DNA of 64,000 bases from an uncultured Gemmatimonadales bacterium (lineage in GTDB: Bacteria > Gemmatimonadota > Gemmatimonadetes > Gemmatimonadales > GWC2-71-9). This document shows, piece by piece, positions 1 through 9,171 of the stretch. Position 1 is the first letter of the stretch. Each line of letters begins with the position of its first letter. The notes beneath the pieces are model-generated. The model made no database searches, was not told the origin of the DNA, and was given only the letters and a program-made list of their open reading frames with translations. Where the stretch lies: assembly GCA_963771275.1 (NCBI GenBank), contig CAVYSW010000010.1:160001-224000 (forward strand), in the 5' to 3' direction. The position numbers and the translations under genes were made by a program.

Positions 1-554
1 TAGGCGCCGGACGGGTCGAGCTTTCGCATCACTGTGATCAAGCCGTCGCCGTTCAGGTCCTCCGGCGGGTCTTCGTCGATCCGCCCGTCGTTATCATCGT
101 CGAACGGGCGGGCGTTCCGCCGCTGGACATCCTTGACGCCGCGGAACATCGCCTCGGCGCCGTCGGGGTTGAGCCGGGGCACGACGTAGACGACCCGCTG
201 CTGCAACACCGCCGCGAGGCTGGAGTCGTCGCTCCCTGGCGAGAGCAGGTAGCGGACGGTTGCGAGCGCCAGCGCGCTCCCCACCAGGTGATCGCCGGAC
301 AGGTTGCCCACCACCAGCAAGGCGGGGCGAGTGTCCAGGGGCGCACCGGCGGGGTTCGCGATCTCGATGAGCCAGAGGTCCCGCCCCTCGACGGATTTCC
401 CCAGCGAGCGCATGTGGGCCAGATCGGACCCGCTCACCAGGGAGCGCAGCTCGCTGGTGAGCCCGTTGAAGTCGAGGTAGGACGCCGACTGGGCCTGCAG
501 GAGTCCCACCGGGCCGATCGTGGCCAGCGCGATGACGCGCGCGGCGAGCTTCAC
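1..554 (-). CDS. M14-family zinc carboxypeptidase-like protein, secreted (N-terminal part; runs off the window edge)
   Basis: Not in the ORF track; translated by hand from GTG at 554 with AGGAGGAG RBS: MKLAARVIALATIG...SLGKSVEGRDLW...PALLVVGNLSGDHLVG...VYVVPRLNPDG...DDDNDGRIDEDPPEDLNGDG, which are M14 motifs. Confidence 0.8.
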   Translation of the reverse strand, partial: MKLAARVIALATIGPVGLLQAQSASYLDFNGLTSELRSLVSGSDLAHMRSLGKSVEGRDLWLIEIANPAGAPLDTRPALLVVGNLSGDHLVGSALALATVRYLLSPGSDDSSLAAVLQQRVVYVVPRLNPDGAEAMFRGVKDVQRRNARPFDDDNDGRIDEDPPEDLNGDGLITVMRKLDPSGA

Positions 555-748
555 GTTCTCCTCCTTGGGTGGTGTGACCGTGGCTCTCGATACAGCACAG
601 CACAACGTGCCCTGCGGGGCGCGTCGGCGCTAGGACGAGTCTTGCGGCCCGCGCCGGAGGCCGCCGGTCGAAGGAGGGGGGCCGGGCGCGTGCCAGCTTG
701 CAGCGCCGAGCCCGCGGTTCAACGTGGGAATGCGATGGAGGATGCGCC

Positions 749-1900
<1,152 letters not shown>

Positions 1901-1937
1901 CTATCGCACGGGGCTGGGGATCAGGCGCGGCGGCCTC

Positions 1938-3236
1938 TCAGCCATCGACCCCGAGCACGCTCCGCAGCAGCACGTTCGCGCCGTGCACGATGTCGTCGGG
2001 GCGCGACAGCTCCCTGGGCGAGTGACTGACGCCGCCGACGCTCGGAATGAAGATCATCCCCATCGGACCGAGATGCGCCATGTCCTGCGCATCGTGCCCG
2101 GCGCCACTCGGCAGGTCCTGCGTGGAGAGGCCCAGATCGTGCGCCGCGCGCCGGATCGCGTCCCGCACCGCCGGATCGCTCAGCGCCGGCACGTTTTCCG
2201 AGAGCCGCCGGAACGTGAACGTCGTGCCGTCCACGCGGCTGATCGCGTGGGCTGCAGTCTCGATCCGCTGATACAGCGTCGCGATCTTGGTGGCGTCCAG
2301 GTCGCGCAGCTCGAGGCTCAGCCGTACGAGGCCGGGAATGACGTTGGGTGCGCCGGGTCGGGCCTCGATCCGCCCGACCGTGCCTACCTGGCGTCCCGGC
2401 ACCGACGTGACGATGCGGTTCACCTCCTGGATGAACCGCGCCGCCGAAAGCAGGGCGTCGTGGCGGCGGTCCATCGGCGTCGTCCCGGCGTGGTTCGCCG
2501 CGCCCTCCACCGTCACGTCCCACCAGCCGATCCCGACGATCCCCTCGACCACGCCGATTTGCACGCCGGCACCGTCCAGCACGCCGCCCTGCTCGATGTG
2601 GAGCTCCACGTACGCAGCGATGCTGCCGGGCGCGCGCCGCACGCTGGCCAGCCGGTCGGGATCCCCACCGAGGAACGCGATGCCTTCGCGGATCGTCTTG
2701 CCGCTCTGACTCACCGCATCGAGCCGCGCCGCGGTGAGCCCGCCGACCAGCGCGAGACTCCCGATCAGGCCCCCTTCCTCGTTCTGAAAGATCACGACCT
2801 CGAGCGGGTGCCGCGTACGCACGTCGTGCTCGGCGAGCGCATGCGCCGCCTCGATCGCCGAAAGCGAGCCCACCGGCCCGTCGTAGTCTCCGCCGTTCGG
2901 TACGGAATCGATGTGCGAGCCGAACACGATGGGCGGCAACCCCGCCTCGATTCCCGCCCGCCGCCCGATCAGGTTGCCGGCCGCGTCCGTCTCGACGTCG
3001 AGCCGCGCCGCCCGCATCAGGTCCGCGGCGAATGCCCGGGCGGCGCGGTCCGCGTCGGTGTAGGCGACGCGCTGGGCGCCGGCGTCCGTCCTCCCGATCG
3101 CGCCGAGCGCTCGGAGGTTGGCCAGCAGCCGCTCGCGGTTCACGCCTACGTCGGGAGCCGCCGATCGAGCGGCGCTGGAAAAACCTGACGCGCCCAGCAT
3201 GCCCAGCACGGCGAGATTGAAGTCGCGGCGGTTCAC
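1938..3236 (-). CDS. M20-family Zn-dependent amidohydrolase (N-carbamoyl-L-amino-acid/allantoate amidohydrolase type) with Tat signal
   Basis: C-terminal part of ORF 1938..4814; GTG start at 3236 after GGGGG RBS, NRRDF twin-arginine leader; GSHIDSVPNGG.YDG, NEEG, ELHIEQG, NHAGTTPM, SGAGHDAQ, SHSP. Confidence 0.88.
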   Translation of the reverse strand: MNRRDFNLAVLGMLGASGFSSAARSAAPDVGVNRERLLANLRALGAIGRTDAGAQRVAYTDADRAARAFAADLMRAARLDVETDAAGNLIGRRAGIEAGLPPIVFGSHIDSVPNGGDYDGPVGSLSAIEAAHALAEHDVRTRHPLEVVIFQNEEGGLIGSLALVGGLTAARLDAVSQSGKTIREGIAFLGGDPDRLASVRRAPGSIAAYVELHIEQGGVLDGAGVQIGVVEGIVGIGWWDVTVEGAANHAGTTPMDRRHDALLSAARFIQEVNRIVTSVPGRQVGTVGRIEARPGAPNVIPGLVRLSLELRDLDATKIATLYQRIETAAHAISRVDGTTFTFRRLSENVPALSDPAVRDAIRRAAHDLGLSTQDLPSGAGHDAQDMAHLGPMGMIFIPSVGGVSHSPRELSRPDDIVHGANVLLRSVLGVDG

Positions 3237-3356
3237 GGGCCGACCCCCCTTGGGAATGTGCCTGATGTCCAAGATCATATGGCGCGCGCCGTGGCGCGTT
3301 GCAAGGGCGGGGCGGCCCCGCCTGGTGAGACCACGGCGCGCCCGCCATCTTGGGGC

Positions 3357-4895
3357 GTGCCCTCCACCAGTCCGTTGACGCTCGGTGACCGCGATGACTT
3401 CGCCCGGGTGGCCGACCACCTGCTCGCCGCCACGTACGACGCCCAGACCGTGTGCGGTCGCTTGAGCGTGCCCGATCTGTTCGCGGTGGACGACCTGCCG
3501 CGGGAGGCGATTGCGCTCCCGCCCGCCGCGGACGATCCGCTCGCGTTCCTCGTTCGCACGTTCCTGCTGCTGGAGCCGGCGACCGAGGCCGCGCTCAACG
3601 CTCGGCTCGATGCCGCGACCCGGAGAGCGTTCGAGCGGTTGGGCCTGTTGGTCAGGGATCGAGATCGCGAGAGCTGGTCGGCCGCCGTGCTGCTCTACCC
3701 GGTCGGCCAATTCCACGTCGTGTCGGACCGCCATCGCGGCCCCGACGGGCTGCCGTTCACACCGCCGGCGGATGCCGTATTCCCGGCGCTCTTCCCCGGC
3801 ACGATGCGGTTTCTGCGCCTCTTGCCGGAGGGAGCCTATGACCAGGCGCTCGATCTCGGCGCGGGCACGGGAATCGGCGCCCTCGCGCTGAGCCGGCGCG
3901 TGCGCCGGGCGGTCGCCGCCGACCTCACGGAGCGCGCGACGCACTTCGCGCGGTTCAACCGCCTGCTCAACGCGTGCGACAACGTGGAAGCGGTGACGGG
4001 CGATCTCTACGCACCCGTCGCGGGCCGGACGTTCGACTGCGTCGTGGCCCATCCGCCGTACGTCCCGTCGCCGGACGATGCGTTCGTGTTCCGGGATGGG
4101 GGCCCGACCGGTGAGCGCCTCGTGCGGCGGATGATCGCGGAGCTGCCGGCGGCGCTGCGGCCGGGCGGCGTGTTCTGTGCCGTCTGCGCCGCGTGGGACA
4201 CCGCCGATGGTCCGCTCGAGCAGCGCGTGCGCGGCTGGCTGGGGGCGCACGCGGAGGAGTTCGACCTGCTCGTGGGCGTCGAGACCGAGCTCGACCCCGC
4301 CGACCTTGCGGAGCGACTTGCCACGTCGGCAGACGGAGGAGACCGGGTCGGTGTGGCGCGCTGGGAAGCGCGGTTCCGCGAGGCGGGGCTCAGCGGCTAC
4401 GTGTACGGCGTCCTGGCGTTGGCACGCAGGAGGGGACTTGGGGCGCCGGCGACGCTGCGGACGTGGCTCGGCGCCACCACCCGGGGCTCCGATCTCGAGC
4501 ACACGCTCGCCGGACTCGCGGAACGGGCGACGCAGCTCGCGGCCGGAACCCGGACGCAGGCGCTGGACAAGCTGCGTCCGCGCCCCGCAGCGGCGCTGGG
4601 CGTCCATGTGGAGTATGCCGCCCCGGCGGGGGCGTCGGTGCCGGCCGAGGTCGTTCTGGCGACCCAGGAGCCGTTCCGCAGCCGCACGCGGATCGATCCG
4701 TGGATGTGGGAGCTCGTGTCCGCCTTCGACGGCGCGCATACACCCACGGAGGTCCTGACCGCGCTCCGGGCGCGGCGCGGCGTGCCCGAGGGCTTCACGA
4801 AGCACGACCTCCACCGCTTGGTCGAGCTGTTGCTCGAGCGCGGCTACGTGGAGGGGGCCGACCCACGAAGCGCCGCTCCCCGGCGGTGCGCGTGA
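3357..4895 (+). CDS. Class I SAM-dependent methyltransferase (HemK/PrmC-like core) with C-terminal PqqD/winged-helix-like domain
   Basis: LDLGAGTG motif I, GDLYAPV, VAHPPYVP (NPPY-like), RDGGPTGE; C-terminus FDGAHTPTEV...LVELLLERGYVE. Start uncertain (3258 or 3357). Confidence 0.82.
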   Translation: MPSTSPLTLGDRDDFARVADHLLAATYDAQTVCGRLSVPDLFAVDDLPREAIALPPAADDPLAFLVRTFLLLEPATEAALNARLDAATRRAFERLGLLVRDRDRESWSAAVLLYPVGQFHVVSDRHRGPDGLPFTPPADAVFPALFPGTMRFLRLLPEGAYDQALDLGAGTGIGALALSRRVRRAVAADLTERATHFARFNRLLNACDNVEAVTGDLYAPVAGRTFDCVVAHPPYVPSPDDAFVFRDGGPTGERLVRRMIAELPAALRPGGVFCAVCAAWDTADGPLEQRVRGWLGAHAEEFDLLVGVETELDPADLAERLATSADGGDRVGVARWEARFREAGLSGYVYGVLALARRRGLGAPATLRTWLGATTRGSDLEHTLAGLAERATQLAAGTRTQALDKLRPRPAAALGVHVEYAAPAGASVPAEVVLATQEPFRSRTRIDPWMWELVSAFDGAHTPTEVLTALRARRGVPEGFTKHDLHRLVELLLERGYVEGADPRSAAPRRCA

Positions 4896-5003
4896 GCCTG
4901 CAGCGATTCCCCGGTCCGGCGCGTAGATTCACTGCGCCCGAGGTCCGGCCGCCGGCCGGGCCCCAGCCCGTCCCTTTCATTCCAGTTGGTGAGGCAACCC
5001 GCC

Positions 5004-8000
5004 ATGTCATCCTGTCGATCGTTCGTTGCCACGTGCAGTCTCGCGGCGGCCGTCCTGCTCGCGACCGCCCTCACGCCGAACGCCGCGGTGGCCCAGCGTC
5101 CCGGCAGGGCCCAGGGTGGACCGCCCGGGGCCCAGGCCGGCGCCCGCGGCGACTCCACGCGCGGTCCGCGCGATCCCCTCGGTGCCGCGCTCGGCGGCCT
5201 GCGTCTGCGCTCGATCGGTCCGGCCGTCGTGTCGGGGCGGATCGGCGACATCGCCGTCGACCCCACCGATCACAAGATCTGGTATGTAGGGGTGGCGTCC
5301 GGCGGCCTGTGGAAGACGACCAACGCCGGCACGACGTTCTCGCCGATCTTCGACGGCGAAGGCTCGTATTCCATCGGGACGGTCGTGGTCGACCCGAAGA
5401 ACCCCAACGTCGTCTGGGTGGGCACGGGCGAGAACAATGTGCAGCGCTCGGTGTCGTATGGCGACGGCGTCTACAAGTCGATCGACGGCGGCCGCAGCTG
5501 GCGCAACGTGGGCCTCGGCACGTCCGAGCACATCGGGAAGATCCTCGTCGATCCCCGCAACTCCGACGTGGTGTACGTCGCGGCGCAGGGGCCGCTGTTC
5601 AACAGCGGCGGCGACCGCGGGCTCTACAAGACCACCGACGGTGGCAAGACCTGGAACCGGATCCTCGAGGGCGGTGAGTGGGCGGGGGTGACGGACGTCG
5701 TGATGGATCCGCGGAACCCGGACGTGCTGATCGCGGCGGTCTGGCAGCGCGCCCGCCGGCAGTGGGGGTACATCGCGGGCGGCCCGCAGTCCAGCCTGCA
5801 GCGCTCCACCGACGGTGGCGTCACGTGGACCCGGTCGCAGAGCGGTCTCCCCAGCGAAACGCTCGGTCGCATCGGGCTCGCGATCGCGCCGGCTGACCCG
5901 GACGTGGTCTACGCCATCGTCGAAGCGGCCAACGACCGCGGCGGCTTCTACCGCTCCCGCGACAACGGCGTGAGCTGGGAGCGGATGAGCGACCAGACCA
6001 CCATCGGCCTGTACTACCAGGAGCTGTTCGCCGACCCCGTCAAGGTGGATCGCGTGTACCTGGTGGACGTGCGCAACATGGTGACCGAGGACGGCGGGCG
6101 GACCTTCACGCCCGTGGGCGAGCGCAACAAGCACGTCGACAACCACGTGATCTGGATCGACCCGACCGACACGGACCACCTGATCATCGGCTGCGACGGC
6201 GGCCTGTACCAGACGTTCGACCGCGGCCAGACGTACGACTTCTTCCAGAATCTCCCGCTCGGGCAGTTCTACCGGGTGGATACCGACAACGCGCTGCCGT
6301 TCTACCGGGTGTACGGCGGCACCCAGGACAACAGCTCGGTGGGCGGCCCGTCCCGCACCCGCACCCGCGGCGGCGCCCCGGGCGGCGACTGGTTCCTCAC
6401 CCAGGGCGGCGACGGGTTCCAGTCGCGCGCCGACCCGGCCGATCCCAACACGGTGTACGCCGAGTCGCAGCACGGCGTGCTGTCGCGGTTCAACCTCGCC
6501 ACGGGCGAGGAAGTGAGCATCGTGCCGGAAGCCGAGCCCGGCGAGCCCGGCTTGCGGTGGCACTGGGACACGCCGCTCATCATCAGCCCGTTCTCCCATA
6601 CCCGACTCTACTTCGCGGCGCAGCGCCTGTTCCGGAGCGACGACCGCGGCAACACCTGGCGGGTCGTGAGTCCCGATCTCACCAGGCAGATCGATCGCAA
6701 CAAGCTCAAGCTGATGGGGCAAGTGTGGGGGGTGGACGCCGTCGCGAAGAACACGTCGACGTCGCTCTACGGGACCATCGTCACCATCGCCGAATCACCG
6801 GCCAAGGAAGGCCTGCTGTGGGTCGGCACGGACGACGGCCTGGTGCAGGTGAGCGAGGACGGCGGGGCGCACTGGCGGGCGATCAGCTCTGTGCCGGGCG
6901 TGCCGGACACGACGTTCATCTCGCGCGTGACGCCGTCGATGCACGACGTGAACACCGTCTATGTGGCGTTCGACAACCACAAGGCCGGCGACTACAAGCC
7001 GTACATCGCGAAGAGCACGGACCTTGGCCGCACGTGGAAGCTGATCACCGGTGGCCTGCCCGAGCGCGGCTCGGTGTACGTCGTGATCGAGGACCACAAG
7101 GACCTCAACCTGCTGTTCGCCGGCACCGAGTTCGGGCTGTTCGTCTCCCGGAACGGCGGCGAGCGATGGACGCGGCTGCGCGCCGGGCTACCCACCATCA
7201 TGGTCCGCGACCTCACCATCCAGAAGCGCGAGGACGATTTGGTGGTCGCCACATTCGGCCGCGGGTTCTACATCCTGGACGACCTGTCGTCCCTGCGGGC
7301 GCTTACACCCCAGACGCTGGCCTCCGCCGGCGGCCTGTTGCCTGTGAAGCGCACGCCGATGTACGTCGAGTCCTCCCCGGCCCCGAATTGGCAGGGCGCG
7401 CGCTTCTATGCCGGCAGCAACCCCCCGTCCGGCGCCGTCTTCACCTACTACCTGAAGGACGCGGTCCGCACGCGAAAAGAGCAGCGCCAGCAGGCCGAGC
7501 GTGCTGCCGAACGGCGGGGCGAGGACGTGTTCTACCCGCCGTGGGACTCGCTCAAGGCCGAAGACCGTGAGGAGGCCCCCACAGTGATTCTCACGGTCAC
7601 GGACCCTGAAGGGAGGGTGGTGCGACGCGTCACCGGCCCGACATCGGCCGGAACGCACCGGGTGACGTGGGACCTGCGCTATCCGGCGGCCACGCCGGTC
7701 ACGGCCCCACGCGCTGGCGGCGGTGGCTTCGGTGGTGGGGGCGGCTTCGGGTTTGGGGGCGGTGCGGGGCCGCTGGTCGTGCCCGCCACCTATACCGTCT
7801 CGCTCGCCAAGCGGGTGGACGGCGTCGAGAGCCCGGTCGGTCAGCCGCAGAAGTTCGAGGTCTATCTACTCGACCAGACTACCACACCGCGCTCGCCCGC
7901 CGTGCTGGCGTTTCAGGAGAAGTCGGCGGCGCTCCAGCGCGCGGTGCTCGGCGCCAACGCCGCAGCGGGCGAGGCGATGAGCCGCGTCCAACTGCTCAAG

Positions 8001-8366
8001 CGGGCGCTCGAGCAGACGCCGGCCGCGCCCGCACAGCTGTCCGCCGACCTCCTGGCCGTTCAGGACAGCGTGCAGGCGATCCAGGACGCGCTGAACGGCG
8101 ATCCGACGGCCGCCCGGCGGCAGGAATCCACACCGCCGTCGCTGACCGATCGCCTGCGGGCCTTCACCGGCGGCGCGTGGTCGGGGAGTCTGTCGGATGT
8201 CACGGCCACGCAGCAGCGGCAGTACGACGTGGTCGCCGCCGAGTTCGGGGCGATCCTCGATCGGCTGCGCAAGGTCGTCGAGGTTGATCTCCAGCGCGTC
8301 GAGCATGCTGCCGAGGCGGCTGGTGCCCCGTGGACCAGCGGGCGGATTCCGACCTGGAAGCCCTAG
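5004..8366 (+). CDS. Secreted VPS10/BNR (Asp-box) repeat beta-propeller glycosyl-hydrolase-like protein
   Basis: Signal peptide, RSIGPAVVSGRI, many Asp-box repeats (KSIDGGRSW, KTTDGGKTW, RSTDGGVTW, RSDDRGNTW, KSTDLGRTW), HVDNH, ATFGRGFYILDD. Confidence 0.85.
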   Translation: MSSCRSFVATCSLAAAVLLATALTPNAAVAQRPGRAQGGPPGAQAGARGDSTRGPRDPLGAALGGLRLRSIGPAVVSGRIGDIAVDPTDHKIWYVGVASGGLWKTTNAGTTFSPIFDGEGSYSIGTVVVDPKNPNVVWVGTGENNVQRSVSYGDGVYKSIDGGRSWRNVGLGTSEHIGKILVDPRNSDVVYVAAQGPLFNSGGDRGLYKTTDGGKTWNRILEGGEWAGVTDVVMDPRNPDVLIAAVWQRARRQWGYIAGGPQSSLQRSTDGGVTWTRSQSGLPSETLGRIGLAIAPADPDVVYAIVEAANDRGGFYRSRDNGVSWERMSDQTTIGLYYQELFADPVKVDRVYLVDVRNMVTEDGGRTFTPVGERNKHVDNHVIWIDPTDTDHLIIGCDGGLYQTFDRGQTYDFFQNLPLGQFYRVDTDNALPFYRVYGGTQDNSSVGGPSRTRTRGGAPGGDWFLTQGGDGFQSRADPADPNTVYAESQHGVLSRFNLATGEEVSIVPEAEPGEPGLRWHWDTPLIISPFSHTRLYFAAQRLFRSDDRGNTWRVVSPDLTRQIDRNKLKLMGQVWGVDAVAKNTSTSLYGTIVTIAESPAKEGLLWVGTDDGLVQVSEDGGAHWRAISSVPGVPDTTFISRVTPSMHDVNTVYVAFDNHKAGDYKPYIAKSTDLGRTWKLITGGLPERGSVYVVIEDHKDLNLLFAGTEFGLFVSRNGGERWTRLRAGLPTIMVRDLTIQKREDDLVVATFGRGFYILDDLSSLRALTPQTLASAGGLLPVKRTPMYVESSPAPNWQGARFYAGSNPPSGAVFTYYLKDAVRTRKEQRQQAERAAERRGEDVFYPPWDSLKAEDREEAPTVILTVTDPEGRVVRRVTGPTSAGTHRVTWDLRYPAATPVTAPRAGGGGFGGGGGFGFGGGAGPLVVPATYTVSLAKRVDGVESPVGQPQKFEVYLLDQTTTPRSPAVLAFQEKSAALQRAVLGANAAAGEAMSRVQLLKRALEQTPAAPAQLSADLLAVQDSVQAIQDALNGDPTAARRQESTPPSLTDRLRAFTGGAWSGSLSDVTATQQRQYDVVAAEFGAILDRLRKVVEVDLQRVEHAAEAAGAPWTSGRIPTWKP

Positions 8367-8397
8367 CGCACCAGGGGTGTGTTCTGGCGCACGACTC

Positions 8398-8424
8398 ACG
8401 GCGGGCCCGACGCGGGCCCGCCGT
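8398..8424 (+). terminator. Perfect 12-bp hairpin downstream of the VPS10 gene
   Basis: acggcgggcccg-acg-cgggcccgccgt; only a weak U tract. Confidence 0.5.
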
Positions 8425-8460
8425 TGTGGCGTGGGGGGCGGGGCTCCGAATCACGAGTCG

Positions 8461-8479
8461 TTTTCACGGGTTTTTCACG
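8461..8479 (+). promoter_or_regulatory. Direct repeat TTTTCACG x2 with 11-bp period, upstream of the small peptide gene
   Basis: TTTTCACG at 8461-8468 and 8472-8479; partial AATCACG at 8449-8455. Confidence 0.4.
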
Positions 8480-8522
8480 CCCGCGGCGCACCTTGGGCCG
8501 ACCCAATCTGCGGAGGACCCCG

Positions 8523-8666
8523 GTGTCGCAGCGTATTTCCGTACAGCTCACCCAGCAGCAGAAGGCCCAGATCAAGCAGGCGACCGGCAAAGACGCCGAC
8601 GCGATCGAGCTCAGTGTCGAGGAGCTCGAGGAGCGAATTGCCCCGTCCAAGTTGATCCGGAGCTAA
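8523..8666 (+). CDS. 47-aa peptide, putative RiPP precursor (EELEERIAP leader-like motif)
   Basis: GGAGG RBS at 8512-8516, GTG start, TAA stop; MSQRISVQLTQQQKAQIKQATGKDADAIELSVEELEERIAPSKLIRS; host-like codons; flanked by hairpins. Confidence 0.72.
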   Translation: MSQRISVQLTQQQKAQIKQATGKDADAIELSVEELEERIAPSKLIRS

Positions 8667-8689
8667 GCGGTCGGTCCCAGCCCGGCCCG

Positions 8690-8718
8690 CGAGCGCCCGG
8701 CAGTCCGCCGGGCGCTCG
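8690..8718 (+). terminator. 12-bp hairpin immediately after the peptide gene
   Basis: cgagcgcccggc-agtcc-gccgggcgctcg. Confidence 0.5.
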
Positions 8719-8811
8719 TGCGTTGTGGCCCCTGGTCTGGCGCCGTCCTGGTTTCGCGTGTATCTCACATCGGGGTCGCGTGCGGGGCAGTCACGGCAAC
8801 GGGAGGCACGC

Positions 8812-9072
8812 ATGCCGGAGAAGCTCGTCGGGGTGGTGACGCACTACTTCAATGGGCCCAGCGTCGCCGTCGTGAAGGTCACTGAGGGGGAGATCGCCCT
8901 CGGCGATGACGTCCGGTTCGCGGGGCATTCGAGCGCCTTCACGGAGCGGGTGACCTCCATGGAGGTCGAGCACCGCAAGGTCGAGCGAGCGGGTGCCGGG
9001 GAAGAGGTGGCGATCCAGGTCGTGTCCCGTGTGCGGCAGCACGATCAGGTGTTCAAGATCGTCCCGGAGTAG
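8812..9072 (+). CDS. Small translation-factor domain II-like beta-barrel protein (EF-Tu domain 2 / U32 C-terminal-like)
   Basis: GGAGG RBS; MPEKLVGVVTHYF...GDDVRFAGH...VTSMEVEH...AGAGEEVAIQV...VRQHDQVFK. Confidence 0.75.
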   Translation: MPEKLVGVVTHYFNGPSVAVVKVTEGEIALGDDVRFAGHSSAFTERVTSMEVEHRKVERAGAGEEVAIQVVSRVRQHDQVFKIVPE

Positions 9073-9171
9073 GGGCCCGGTCGGAGCCCGCGGCGCGAGC
9101 CGCGCAACGTCGGATCGTTCGGCGCCCGCTTGGGTATACGTGGGCGTGTTTGTCCACCCCCTCACGAGCCA

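Noticed and set aside
3237..4814. Apparent 958-aa fusion extending the amidohydrolase upstream
   Set aside because: The extension is the antisense of the methyltransferase; the hydrolase has its own RBS and Tat leader at 3236
7715..7770. GGC/GGT-rich repeat
   Set aside because: Encodes a Gly/Phe linker (GGGGFGGGGGFGFGGG) in the VPS10 protein; not a DNA-level element
8379..8522. Longer 95-aa version of the peptide ORF
   Set aside because: The upstream part spans a hairpin and regulatory repeats; the strong RBS points to GTG 8523
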